This document shows, piece after piece, positions 50,077 to 59,827 of a stretch of DNA of 64,000 bases. Under the pieces are notes generated by a model that was not told the DNA's origin, did not search any database, and worked only from the letters and a program-made list of their open reading frames with translations. This DNA is from Pseudomonadota bacterium (GTDB lineage Bacteria; Pseudomonadota; Alphaproteobacteria; DSM-16000; Inquilinaceae). The stretch spans positions 7,522 through 71,521 of the forward strand of contig JBCCER010000001.1 of assembly GCA_039030175.1 (NCBI GenBank). The letters are read 5' to 3'. The translations under genes and the position numbers were made by a program. Each line of letters starts with the position of its first letter. Positions within the stretch are counted from its first letter, which is position 1.

Positions 50077-51386
50077 GGCTCGATCTGATTGATCGCGTCT
50101 CGATAGGCGTCGAGCACGGGTTCCTCCTCGGCGTGGTACCCATCACGGATGACCCATTCTCCGCCAATCATGACGTCACGGACGGGATTTGCGCCGCCGG
50201 AAAAGACCAAAGATTGCAGAATAGCGTCACTCTCGGCGTCCAAGAGCGAGGGATGGTCGCGGTCCAAGACCAACCAATCGGCCGGCAGTCCTGTCGCAAG
50301 TCCGGTCTCGACAGACCCGGTTGCTTGACCGCCGCCAGAGACCAAACGGCTGAACAGATCAGGCCCTTTTGCCATCAGCCGATAGCGCACCATCAACGCG
50401 CGGATCTCTTCAAATGGGCTCGCGGTTAGCGGTGCGCCTGCACCAATCGCCAAATTGCCGCCCACCGCGAGATAGGCGGCCATGGGGAAGGGGGCCAAGT
50501 TCAGGGCGGATGAGAATATGGGGCATAAGGCTATCACCGCGTCGCTGGATGCAAGTTGGGTCGCTTCTTCTGGTGTTATCTGGCTGGCATGCACCAGGCA
50601 CCATCTCCCGTCGATTGGTGTTTCGGACAACAGCCAGTCCACGAGCCGGTCGTCCAAAAGCATGCCGATTTCGGTGGTATCTCGCAGATCGGCGGCCAGG
50701 CTGAGATGGATCGGTGCCATCTCGTATTGAGCCTGCTTGCCGGCCACAGCCATCGCCAGATGTTCTGGACCCACGGCAGGCAGGGAGCAAACAGCCAATC
50801 CGATCCGCAGATTGGCCTCGTCCCCGAACTGGGCGTGCAGAGAGCCGGTCATGGCGAGCAGATCGTCGACATCCAGCCTTCCGCGCATGCCCGCCTCACC
50901 TGCTCGATCCAGCGCGGGGAGCAGCGTCAGGCGGATGCCGACTTGGTGGGCGGCGGCGATAATCCGTTGCGATATCTCGGTTGTGTCGGCGTAGTGTTGG
51001 CCGTGGGGCGTTCGGAAAATCGACTGAACCTCGCCGACGTTCGTGAAGCCTAGCTTAACCATCTCCAGGTAGGCCTGGGCGTGGATGGCCTCGATCTCAT
51101 CCGGCCCTAGGTCATTCAGCAGAGCATTGGCTTTGGTTCGCCAGGTGTGCAGCGCACCGCTATGCGTGGCGAACGCATCCGGACGTCCCGCGACGGCCCG
51201 CAAACATGAGTGACAATGGGCGTTGGTGAGCCCTGGGATGACCGAACCTGAGAGCTTCTCTGTATCGGCGTCAGGTTCGAGATCGGTATGGATGCCGGCG
51301 ATAAACCCCAGTTCGTCGACGTCAAACAGGACAGCCTCGGCCCATCCGTCGGCCAACAAAGCGGATTCGGCGAAATAGCGAGCCAT
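50073..51386 (-). CDS. HutF (formimidoylglutamate deiminase)-like amidohydrolase, possibly catalytically degenerate
   Basis: 437 aa from MARYFAESALLADGWAE..., an architecture colinear with HutF. The HxH motif is present (NAHCHS), but the HxxE and G-S-D-S positions read HLSLAA and GAGAP. Confidence 0.6.
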   Translation of the reverse strand: MARYFAESALLADGWAEAVLFDVDELGFIAGIHTDLEPDADTEKLSGSVIPGLTNAHCHSCLRAVAGRPDAFATHSGALHTWRTKANALLNDLGPDEIEAIHAQAYLEMVKLGFTNVGEVQSIFRTPHGQHYADTTEISQRIIAAAHQVGIRLTLLPALDRAGEAGMRGRLDVDDLLAMTGSLHAQFGDEANLRIGLAVCSLPAVGPEHLAMAVAGKQAQYEMAPIHLSLAADLRDTTEIGMLLDDRLVDWLLSETPIDGRWCLVHASQITPEEATQLASSDAVIALCPIFSSALNLAPFPMAAYLAVGGNLAIGAGAPLTASPFEEIRALMVRYRLMAKGPDLFSRLVSGGGQATGSVETGLATGLPADWLVLDRDHPSLLDAESDAILQSLVFSGGANPVRDVMIGGEWVIRDGYHAEEEPVLDAYRDAINQIEP

Positions 51387-51417
51387 GGACCGAGGGTGCG
51401 GCGGCACTTCGCTTCGG

Positions 51418-52404
51418 TCAAGTCGAGCGGCGAACGAACCTTCCGCCGTCTGTCGCTTGGTACCACGCCACGAAACGTGGGATACCTTCTTCGAGAGTTG
51501 TCTTTGGGTCGAAGCCCAGTTCTTGACGGCTAGTGTCGATGTCAGCGTAGGTGCGCGTCACGTCGCCTGGCTGCAGAGGTGCCGCCTCGACAAGTGCTTT
51601 TCGCCCGACGGCCTTTTCGATGGTCTCAACCAACTTTGTTACTGTCTCTGTTCTGTTGTTGCCCAGATTGTAGACTTGGTGTCGGCTTTCGGGCGTTGCG
51701 TCCACGGCCCCCAGGATTCCTGCCACGATATCGTCGATGTAAGTGAAATCACGCTGCGGGCGACCGCCATCGTAAAGTGTCAGGGGGATCCCCTCGGTGA
51801 TTGCATTCGTGAACAGGTAGTAGGCCATGTCTGGTCGCCCCCAGGGACCATACACCGTGAAAAACCGCAGACCTGTAATCGGTAAGCCGTAAAGATGGTG
51901 ATAGGATTCTGCGATCAGTTCGCCGGATCGTTTCGTGGCCGCATAGAGCGACACAGGTTTGTCCGCCCGGTCAATCACGGCAAACGGCACCTTGGTATTC
52001 GCGCCATAGACGGACGAGGAACTGGCATAGATGAAGCACTCTAGCTTCGGCAGCGCTCTGGCCGCTTCCAGCATGGCGGTCTGGCCAAGAACGTTGGCGC
52101 GTATGTAGTCGAACGGAGCTTTCAGCGAGTAGCGCACGCCTGCCTGCGCGGCTAGGTGAATGATCCGGGTGGCTTCGGGGCGGCCGGCGATGAGATCGAC
52201 GATGGCAGTAGGGTCGGCGACATCCGTCTTGCTAAAGCTGAAGCCGGCGTGTTGCGTCAGGCGATCCAGTCTCGCTTGCTTCAGCCGCGTATCGTAGTAG
52301 GCGTTCAAGGTATCGACGCCGATAACCTCATCGCCTCGAGCCAACAGCGCCTCGGCGACATGCATGCCGATAAAGCCCGCCGCGCCGGTGATCAATACAG
52401 CCAT
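51418..52404 (-). CDS. NAD-dependent nucleotide-sugar epimerase (UDP-glucuronate 4-epimerase-like, SDR family)
   Basis: 328 aa with the motifs ITGAAGFIG, ASSSSVYG and YAATK. Confidence 0.85.
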   Translation of the reverse strand: MAVLITGAAGFIGMHVAEALLARGDEVIGVDTLNAYYDTRLKQARLDRLTQHAGFSFSKTDVADPTAIVDLIAGRPEATRIIHLAAQAGVRYSLKAPFDYIRANVLGQTAMLEAARALPKLECFIYASSSSVYGANTKVPFAVIDRADKPVSLYAATKRSGELIAESYHHLYGLPITGLRFFTVYGPWGRPDMAYYLFTNAITEGIPLTLYDGGRPQRDFTYIDDIVAGILGAVDATPESRHQVYNLGNNRTETVTKLVETIEKAVGRKALVEAAPLQPGDVTRTYADIDTSRQELGFDPKTTLEEGIPRFVAWYQATDGGRFVRRST

Positions 52405-52550
52405 GATCTGACTATTCCGCTATAGAGATGCCGATCTGGCCGCCGGACCGCCGTTGGAGGCGGCCGCGCCGGGTCGGCCAATTTCCATACGGTCTATAGT
52501 GGAGCCTCTGCCCTCCCAGCAACCCGATTAGCCAATTGCCGCGTTGGGGA

Positions 52551-52580
52551 ATAGCGCGGTTGAGTTCCCGGCCGCGCTAT
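52551..52580. promoter_or_regulatory. 9-bp inverted repeat upstream of manC
   Basis: ATAGCGCGG-N12-CCGCGCTAT lies about 55 nt upstream of the manC ATG in the divergent epimerase/manC intergenic region. It could be an operator or a leader hairpin. Confidence 0.3.
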
Positions 52581-52634
52581 GGGTTAAGTTCGCGTCCAAC
52601 GAATCCAGTGCGTTTCAAGCAGATTGAACTACCG

Positions 52635-54020
52635 ATGCCCGATCCATCCGCAGCTAATATCCGCTCAATTCAGCCAGTGATCTTGTCCGGCGGTTCAGGG
52701 ACCCGTTTGTGGCCGATCTCGCGGCAGGCGCTGCCCAAGCAGTTTCTGCCATTGGTCGGGGGGCACAGCCTGCTAGCAGAGACCCTGTTGCGTTCAGAGC
52801 GTTGTGTGCCGGCTGGTCGTCCGGCTGAGAAGGCGATGATCGTCGCCAACGAGAATCATCGAGACCTGGTCGCAACCGCCTTGCAACATGTCGAGCGGCC
52901 CGGCTGCCGCTTGTTGCTTGAACCAATCGGACGCAATACGGCCCCGGCGATCGCGCTCGCGGCGAGATATTGCCTGGCAACCGGGCAGAACCCGTTAATG
53001 CTGGTGTTGCCCTCCGATCATACGATCGGACTAGAAGATGCCTTTACGACAGCGCTGGTGCGGGCAGCGCAGGCGGCCGATGCAGGGTGGCTTGTCACTT
53101 TTGGAATCGAGCCTGACAGGCCCGAGTCAGGGTATGGCTACATCCGCGCAGGCGCTGCGCTATCGAGCCTCGAATGTGTGTTCGGTATCGAACGCTTCGT
53201 GGAAAAACCGTCGACGGAGGAGGCGGCGTCCCTACTTCAGCAAGGCGGGTGGAGTTGGAACAGCGGCATGTTCCTGTTTGGCGCAAGCGAACTTTGGGAG
53301 GAACTCGCCAGGCTGGCGCCGAATATCGCCGCTGAGGTCGAAAAAGCGGTCGGTGACGGCGTTGATGATGGTCGAGAGTTCCGACCAGCCGCCGATCACT
53401 TTGCCAAGTCTCCGGCGGCCCCTATCGATGTTGCGGTAATGGAGAAGACGGGCCTGGGCGCCGTTGTGCCGGCCGACCTAGGGTGGAGCGACATTGGCGG
53501 TTGGCAGGCTCTCCATCAAATTTCGCCAAAGGACAATGCGGGGTCGGTTCGTATCGGAGACGTCCATTCGGAAGGCGCGGTCGACAGCTACCTGCGAGGC
53601 GAGGGGACGAAGCTCGTCGCGCTGGGCGTGTCAAACCTTGCGGTGGTCGCAACGCCAGACGCCGTCTTGGTCAGCGACATTAACAGCGCCGGCGCAATCA
53701 AGGAAATCGCCGAGAAGCTTTCTCGCGATAAGAGCGCCGCAGCGCTTTATCCAACCGAGATGGCGTTCCCTTGGGGTGAAGTCCGCACGCTCGACAGGCA
53801 GGTAGGGCGCCACATCCTGAAGGTCTCCATCGCACCAGGCGAAACCGCGGAGCGTCTGGGGCCGGTCGACGGTCTGATTGCCCTGGACAGCCCGACTCGT
53901 CTTACGATTGACGGCCGCGAGGTCGCCGTCGACCCAAACGCCGTGCTTGCTGTTCGCGATAGCTATCTGGTCGAGTCTGGAGGAGAAAAGACGGAACTGA
54001 TCGAGGTTCGCGGCGATTAA
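52635..54020 (+). CDS. manC: mannose-1-phosphate guanylyltransferase with degenerate C-terminal cupin (PMI-like) domain
   Basis: 461 aa from MPDPSAANIRSIQPVILSGGSGTRLWPISR. The C-terminus keeps FPWGE...KVSIAPGE...IEV but lacks the His-rich LSLQxHxHRxEHW metal motif. Confidence 0.8.
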   Translation: MPDPSAANIRSIQPVILSGGSGTRLWPISRQALPKQFLPLVGGHSLLAETLLRSERCVPAGRPAEKAMIVANENHRDLVATALQHVERPGCRLLLEPIGRNTAPAIALAARYCLATGQNPLMLVLPSDHTIGLEDAFTTALVRAAQAADAGWLVTFGIEPDRPESGYGYIRAGAALSSLECVFGIERFVEKPSTEEAASLLQQGGWSWNSGMFLFGASELWEELARLAPNIAAEVEKAVGDGVDDGREFRPAADHFAKSPAAPIDVAVMEKTGLGAVVPADLGWSDIGGWQALHQISPKDNAGSVRIGDVHSEGAVDSYLRGEGTKLVALGVSNLAVVATPDAVLVSDINSAGAIKEIAEKLSRDKSAAALYPTEMAFPWGEVRTLDRQVGRHILKVSIAPGETAERLGPVDGLIALDSPTRLTIDGREVAVDPNAVLAVRDSYLVESGGEKTELIEVRGD

Positions 54021-54598
54021 GCGTCAGTGAAGGCGAATGGCGATTCGAAGGCACCCCAAGTCGGCCAATCACCGTCGCGTTCGCTAATGGTGGGTCGATC
54101 GATCGGCGGCGCGCTACCGCCTGCCGTCCAGTCGATTTTGAGGGCCGGATCGTCCCATCGCACGCCCCCCTCGCTGGCGGGTGCGTAGTGGGCGTCGACC
54201 TTATAGGTGACAAGGCAGTCTGGTGTGACCGTCCGATACGCGTGTGCAAATCCTGATGGTATCAGCAATTGTTCGCCGCCTTCGGCTGTTAGAAGCGCAC
54301 TGACCGACCGCCCATAACCGGGTGATCCCGCCCTGATGTCGAGCGCCACATCGACAATTGCGCCTCGCAAGACGGAGATCAGCTTGTTCTGAGCGTCGGG
54401 CGGTCCTTGGAAGTGGAGGCCTCTTATTGTGTCGACCACACTAGAATAGGCCAGATTGTCCTGGACAAAGTCTACGTTTAGGCCGTGTTCCTGCCAGCGT
54501 TGGCGATTGTAGGTTTCGCTGAAAAATCCCCGATCATCGCCAAATCGGCGCGGCGTGATCCGCAGCACGCCCGGCAGTTCGAAAGTCTGTATATCCAT
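54017..54598 (-). CDS. rmlC: dTDP-4-dehydrorhamnose 3,5-epimerase family protein
   Basis: 193 aa with the motifs FGDDRGFFSE, IRGLHFQ, NKLISVLRG, IPSGFAHAY and TYKVD. Confidence 0.88.
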   Translation of the reverse strand: MDIQTFELPGVLRITPRRFGDDRGFFSETYNRQRWQEHGLNVDFVQDNLAYSSVVDTIRGLHFQGPPDAQNKLISVLRGAIVDVALDIRAGSPGYGRSVSALLTAEGGEQLLIPSGFAHAYRTVTPDCLVTYKVDAHYAPASEGGVRWDDPALKIDWTAGGSAPPIDRPTISERDGDWPTWGAFESPFAFTDA

Positions 54599-54874
54599 GA
54601 AATCCGACGTGAGAGTAATCGTATTCGGCGCAGGCCGTCACGCCCCGATCATGGAGCAGGCGACCAGTGAATTGTCAGCATCAGCTTGGCGAAATTATGT
54701 TTTTTGGCCGCTCGATAGGTAAGTTATCAACTTTCGAGCTAGGTATCAGGGCATCGACATGTGCGCTATCTGCGCGCCAAGCCCTGATCAGCGTTGCGTT
54801 TGCTGCAGTTGCGAGGAGCGTCTCGTTCGGCTATCCGATGGCGCTTCCTATCCAGCGCGATGGAGACATCCGCC

Positions 54875-55672
54875 ATGACTTCCCACTTGGACACGCTCGA
54901 GGCTCGAACGGTCTATATCCTGCGGGAGGCGTTCGCACGGTTGGAACCGCTCGGCATGCTGTGGTCAATTGGTAAGGATTCCAATGCCTTACTATGGATG
55001 GCGCGCAAGGCGTTTTTCGGTCATGTGCCCTTTCCGCTGATCCAACTGGACACAGAGATGGAACTGCCGGAGGTCTATGACTTCCGTGACCGGCTGGTTG
55101 CTGACTGGAATTTGACCTTGAAGGTCGAGCTGTGCCCGCCAGAAGAAGAGATGGACCAGACCTTGCCGCCGGCCACGCGTTCGGCAGCACGTAAGACTGA
55201 GGGGTTGCGCGCCTTGCTCGCTAGGGACGGCTATCGCGGCATCATTGCAGGCATTCGGCGGGACGAGCAGTCGACCCGCGCCAAGGAGCGGGTATTCAGC
55301 CCGCGACGCATGGATGGCGGCTGGGATTTCCGCGATCAGCCGCCCGAGTTTTGGGATCAGTACAAGACCGAAGTTCCGGACGGCACCCATGTGCGCATCC
55401 ATCCGCTGCTGCATTGGACCGAGCTTGATATTTGGCGTTACACCAAGCGCGAGGGTATTCCGGTGGTGCCGCTTTATTTTGCGCGGGACGGCAAGCGCTA
55501 CCGGTCGCTGGGCGAGAAGAACATAACCTTTCCAGTCGACAGCGATGCGGCGACGATTGACGAGATCATTCGCGAACTGGAGGCGACCCGCATCCCCGAA
55601 CGGGCGGGCCGAGCGATGGACCACGAAGCCGAGGACAGCTTCGAGCGATTGCGCACCAGCGGGTATATGTAA
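54875..55672 (+). CDS. cysD: sulfate adenylyltransferase subunit 2
   Basis: 265 aa from MTSHLDTLEARTVYILRE with PP-loop LWSIGKDS and the motifs RRDEQSTRAKERVFS and HPLLHWTELDIW. GGAGA lies 8 nt upstream of the ATG at 54875 (ATG 54860 is the alternative). Confidence 0.88.
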   Translation: MTSHLDTLEARTVYILREAFARLEPLGMLWSIGKDSNALLWMARKAFFGHVPFPLIQLDTEMELPEVYDFRDRLVADWNLTLKVELCPPEEEMDQTLPPATRSAARKTEGLRALLARDGYRGIIAGIRRDEQSTRAKERVFSPRRMDGGWDFRDQPPEFWDQYKTEVPDGTHVRIHPLLHWTELDIWRYTKREGIPVVPLYFARDGKRYRSLGEKNITFPVDSDAATIDEIIRELEATRIPERAGRAMDHEAEDSFERLRTSGYM

Positions 55673-55675
55673 GCC

Positions 55676-57583
55676 ATGAGCCTTCACCGCCCCAAAGCCA
55701 CGGGCCAGCAGCTTCAGATCGTTGTGGTCGGCCATGTCGATCATGGCAAGTCCACCTTGATCGGACGGCTGCTCTACGACACCGATAGCCTACCCGACGG
55801 TAAGTTCGACGAAGTCAAAGCCGTCAGCGAAAAGCGTGGCATGCCTGTCGAGTGGTCCTTCGTGCTCGATGCATTCCAGGCCGAACGCGATCAGGCGATC
55901 ACGATCGATACGACGCAGATTTGGTTCGAGACAGAGGCCAGACCCTACGTCATCATTGACGCGCCCGGGCACCGTGAGTTCCTGAAAAACATGATTAGCG
56001 GCGCTGCTCTTGCCGAGGCCGCGCTATTGGTCGTTGATGCGGAGAAGGGGGTTCGCGAACAGTCCCGGCGGCACGCGTACCTTCTGCATTTGCTAGGCCT
56101 GCGCCAGATCGCAGTTGTCGTCAACAAGATGGACCGCGTCGATCACTCGGCTGAGCGGTTTCACGAGGTCAAGAGCGACATCGTGGCCTATCTCGACGAT
56201 CTAGGCATGACGCCCACCGCAGTGGTCCCAGTCAGCGCGCGCCATGGGGACAACCTGTCGGCGCGATCGACAAAGATGGGTTGGTACGAAGGACCGACGG
56301 TTCTTGAGGCGTTAGACGGCTTCGCGCCGGTAGCCGCGCAGTCCGATCAACCGCTTCGGTTGCCTGTCCAAGATGTCTACAAGTTCGACGAACGGCGCAT
56401 CATCGCCGGCCGGGTCGAAAGCGGCCAGGTATCGGTTGGCGACACGGTCGTCTTCTCGCCATCAAACCGTACAGCGACCGTGCGATCGCTAGAGGCTTGG
56501 GGGACAGCGGATCCGCCATTCAGGGCGCGCGCGGGCCAGTCGGTGGGTATTACGCTAGACGAGCAGGTGTTCGTGGAGCGCGGCGATGTGGTCAGCCATG
56601 TCAAGTCGGCCCCCTGTCTAAGCAACGTTTTCCGCGCCACACTGTTCTGGCTAGGTAAGTCGCCGTTGTCGGTGGGTGACCGGTTCCGGCTGAAGGTAGC
56701 AACCGACGAGGCTTGGGTGACAGTGGCGTCGATTGAGCACAAAATCGACACCCAAACCTTGGCTTCCGACAGCGCAGATCGCGTTGAGCGCAATGATGTC
56801 GCCGAAGTCATCTTGCGATCGCCGGAATTACTTAGCCTTGACTCCTACCGGTCAAATCCGGCGACAGGACGCTGCGTACTGGTCGACGGATTCGATACTG
56901 TCGCAGGTGGGACGATCAGCCTCGATGGCTACCCAGATCAACGCCGGCAAGAGGGGCCAAAGGCCCAAAACCTTACCGCCGTGGAACATCTACTGACCGC
57001 AGATGGCCGCGCCCGCCGCAATGGTCACCAGGGCGCAGTCGTGTGGTTTACCGGACTGTCGGGTGCCGGAAAATCGACCTTGGCCATGCAGGTCGAAAAG
57101 CGTCTGTTTGCCCTTGGCATGCAGGTCTATGTGCTCGATGGTGACAATGTGCGCCATGGTCTGAACAGCGATTTGGGGTTCGCGCCTGAGGATCGAGTTG
57201 AAAATATTCGCCGGGTCGGTGAGGCAGCAGCCCTATTCGCCGATGCCGGGATAATCGTCATCACGGCGTTCATCTCGCCCTATCGCGGCGACCGTACCAA
57301 GGCGCGGCAGGCTGCCGGCGGGGAGAATTTCCACGAGGTCTATATCAAGGCTGACCTGGAAACTTGCGAGGAGCGTGACCCCAAGGGTCTCTACCGCAAG
57401 GCCCGTTCCGGCGCGATCAAGGAGTTTACTGGTGTTTCCGCTCCCTACGAGCCGCCAGAGACTGCCGAGTTAGTCGTCGACACCATGTCCCTGGATGTCG
57501 AGGCATCGGTGGATTTGATCGTCGACTACGTTCGCGACCGGCTTGTCATCAATCACCGGCCCTCCGCCGTAGCCAACGGCTGA
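55676..57583 (+). CDS. cysNC: bifunctional sulfate adenylyltransferase subunit 1 / adenylylsulfate kinase
   Basis: 635 aa with an N-terminal GTPase ([19 protein letters not shown]) and a C-terminal APS kinase ([14 protein letters not shown]). Confidence 0.92.
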   Translation: MSLHRPKATGQQLQIVVVGHVDHGKSTLIGRLLYDTDSLPDGKFDEVKAVSEKRGMPVEWSFVLDAFQAERDQAITIDTTQIWFETEARPYVIIDAPGHREFLKNMISGAALAEAALLVVDAEKGVREQSRRHAYLLHLLGLRQIAVVVNKMDRVDHSAERFHEVKSDIVAYLDDLGMTPTAVVPVSARHGDNLSARSTKMGWYEGPTVLEALDGFAPVAAQSDQPLRLPVQDVYKFDERRIIAGRVESGQVSVGDTVVFSPSNRTATVRSLEAWGTADPPFRARAGQSVGITLDEQVFVERGDVVSHVKSAPCLSNVFRATLFWLGKSPLSVGDRFRLKVATDEAWVTVASIEHKIDTQTLASDSADRVERNDVAEVILRSPELLSLDSYRSNPATGRCVLVDGFDTVAGGTISLDGYPDQRRQEGPKAQNLTAVEHLLTADGRARRNGHQGAVVWFTGLSGAGKSTLAMQVEKRLFALGMQVYVLDGDNVRHGLNSDLGFAPEDRVENIRRVGEAAALFADAGIIVITAFISPYRGDRTKARQAAGGENFHEVYIKADLETCEERDPKGLYRKARSGAIKEFTGVSAPYEPPETAELVVDTMSLDVEASVDLIVDYVRDRLVINHRPSAVANG

Positions 57584-57592
57584 TCCAGAACA

Positions 57593-58351
57593 ATGCAAGA
57601 TCCTTCACTATCGACCGATCTAGCGCTGGCACAGTCCGCAGCGCTTCGGGCAGGCCGTGCCTTGCGCGAGAAGCGCGAGGCTTGGGGACAGGTCACCGAG
57701 ACGATTGGCCGCGACGTCAAAGCCGCCGGCGATAAGGCTGCCGAAACAATCATCTTGACGATGCTACGGGAACTGTCGTCGCACCCTATCCTGAGCGAGG
57801 AAGAGGGCTGGCTGGGTGACGAAGCTGGGCGGGACGCGCTTCACTGGGTTGTCGATCCGCTGGATGGCACGGGCAACTATGTCCGTGACGTACCGATCTG
57901 TTGTGTTTCGATCGGTCTTATGCGTGGGTCCCAGCCGGTCATTGGCGCGGTCTATGATTTCAACCGTGACGAATTGATCTCCGGCGAAGTCGGGGTAGGG
58001 GCCTGGCTAAACGACAGGCCGGTCAAAGTGTCCACCGTTGCCGACAAACGCGCTGGAACCGTCGGTACCGGTTTCACAGTTCGTCGCGACTATTCTCAGG
58101 CCGCCCTGTCGGCGTTCGCCGAGTTTGTGGCGCCCTGGCGAAAGGTCCGCATGATCGGTGCTGCCGCCTTGTCCATGGCTTATGTCGGTGCCGGACGTTT
58201 CGATGCGCATCAGGAAAGCAGCACGATGATCTGGGATGTCGCGGCAGGAGCCGCGATCGTCGAGGCGGCCGGCGGCCGCGTTGACATCCAGCACCTCGAC
58301 GACACAGGCGTCGTCGATGTCTATGCAGACAACGGCCTTTTACCGAGTTAG
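57593..58351 (+). CDS. inositol monophosphatase family protein (SuhB/CysQ-like; possible PAP phosphatase by context)
   Basis: 252 aa with the motifs LSEEEG, WVVDPLDGTGNY and WDVAAGAAIV. It lies 9 nt downstream of cysNC. Confidence 0.75.
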   Translation: MQDPSLSTDLALAQSAALRAGRALREKREAWGQVTETIGRDVKAAGDKAAETIILTMLRELSSHPILSEEEGWLGDEAGRDALHWVVDPLDGTGNYVRDVPICCVSIGLMRGSQPVIGAVYDFNRDELISGEVGVGAWLNDRPVKVSTVADKRAGTVGTGFTVRRDYSQAALSAFAEFVAPWRKVRMIGAAALSMAYVGAGRFDAHQESSTMIWDVAAGAAIVEAAGGRVDIQHLDDTGVVDVYADNGLLPS

Positions 58352-58446
58352 CTGTCCAAAAGTGATTGTGAGCAGCGGCTCTCGTCGGTGACGCACGGCA
58401 AATGGGTGGGCATACTAAGCCCTTCCCAAAACCGCGAGAGTTCACC

Positions 58447-59670
58447 ATGCCAAGCGAGAAACTGGAGTTTCCTGGCAGCCAGGGACATGTGCTAGCCGCC
58501 CGGCTCGATACCCCGGAAGGTCCGATCAGGGCCTACGCGCTATTCGCCCATTGCTTTACATGCGGCAAGGACATCTTGGCGGCCAGCCGGATCGCCCAGG
58601 CGCTGAACGCGCACGGTATCGCTGTTCTTCGTTTCGACTTCACAGGGCTCGGCGCCAGCGAAGGGGAGTTTGCCAATACAAACTTTTCGTCCAATGTCGG
58701 CGATCTCATCAAAGCTGTCGATTATCTGCGCGAGACTCGGGAGGCGCCGAAAATCCTGATTGGCCATAGTCTTGGCGGTGCGGCAATCCTGACGGCGGCA
58801 GGTCAGGTGCCTGAGGCTACAGCCGTAGCCACAATAGGGGCGCCCTTCGATCCAGGACATGTCGCACACTTGTTTACGGAGTCGCGCGAGGAGATTGAGG
58901 CCGACGGCGAGGCCGAGGTCTTGTTGGCGGGGCGCCGGTTTTGCATTCAAAAGCAGTTTCTGGAGGACATTGAGCGACAAGCCCAGGATGAGCGCATCGC
59001 CAAGTTGCGCAAGGCGCTGATCGTCTTTCACGCTCCCGGCGACGACACCGTGAGTATCGACAATGCTGGTCATATCTTTGGCGCGGCCAAGCATCCCAAG
59101 AGCTTCGTGTCCCTTGACGACGCCGACCACCTGCTAAGCAAGCCAGCCGACGCGGCCTATGTCGCTGGGGTGCTATCCGCGTGGGCGGATCGGTACATCA
59201 CCCATTCGGACTTGCAGGACGTTTCATTTCCCAAAGCGAAACCAGGCGCTGTCGCTGTGCGGGAAACCGGTCAAGGCAAGTTTCAACAGGCGGTATCCGC
59301 CGGACGGCACAAGATGCTGTCAGACGAACCCGCGTCTTTTGGCGGTGACGATACCGGACCGTCACCCTATGACCTTCTCGTCGCGGGGCTGGGTGCCTGC
59401 ACGACGATGACAGTTCGCATGTATGCCCGGCACAAGAAATTGCCGCTTGATGGGGTCGAGGTGACGCTGGAGCACAACAAAATCCACGCGGTGGACTGCC
59501 AGCATTGCGAGACGAGTGACGGCAAGATCGATCACATCAAACGAACGCTCACGCTCAAAGGCAATCTGACCGACGAGCAGCGTGGCAAGATGCTAGAGAT
59601 AGCCGACAAGTGCCCGGTTCATAGAACGCTGCATTCGGAGGTGAATATCGAAACGGCGCTCGCCGACTAG
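58447..59670 (+). CDS. bifunctional alpha/beta hydrolase - OsmC family fusion protein
   Basis: 407 aa from [10 protein letters not shown]. The N-terminal hydrolase has a GHSLGG elbow. The C-terminal OsmC fold has [19 protein letters not shown] and ADKCPVH. Confidence 0.8.
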   Translation: MPSEKLEFPGSQGHVLAARLDTPEGPIRAYALFAHCFTCGKDILAASRIAQALNAHGIAVLRFDFTGLGASEGEFANTNFSSNVGDLIKAVDYLRETREAPKILIGHSLGGAAILTAAGQVPEATAVATIGAPFDPGHVAHLFTESREEIEADGEAEVLLAGRRFCIQKQFLEDIERQAQDERIAKLRKALIVFHAPGDDTVSIDNAGHIFGAAKHPKSFVSLDDADHLLSKPADAAYVAGVLSAWADRYITHSDLQDVSFPKAKPGAVAVRETGQGKFQQAVSAGRHKMLSDEPASFGGDDTGPSPYDLLVAGLGACTTMTVRMYARHKKLPLDGVEVTLEHNKIHAVDCQHCETSDGKIDHIKRTLTLKGNLTDEQRGKMLEIADKCPVHRTLHSEVNIETALAD

Positions 59671-59758
59671 GATTCTCGCCCAGCCGGCGGGTCGATCCAT
59701 ATTCCAATTAGCCATGATTGTGCCAGTATAGCAGGTACAATAATTTCGATTGGCTAGA

Positions 59759-59807
59759 GACAATTGCGCCTAGCTATGGTGTCAATTGTTGATTGACGTG
59801 GGTCAAT
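59759..59807. promoter_or_regulatory. phased hexamer array, candidate MocR operator
   Basis: GACAAT at 59759, GTCAAT at 59781, inverted ATTGAC at 59792 and GTCAAT at 59802, giving spacings of 22, 11 and 10 nt. The array ends 20 nt before the mocR start. Confidence 0.4.
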
Positions 59808-59827
59808 AGTCCGACCGGGAGGGCGAT

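Noticed and set aside
52527-52534. The 8-mer ATTAGCCA shared between the manC upstream region (52527-52534) and the mocR upstream region (59707-59714).
   Set aside because: A given 8-mer is expected about twice by chance in 64 kb counting both strands, and there is no extended similarity around the matches.
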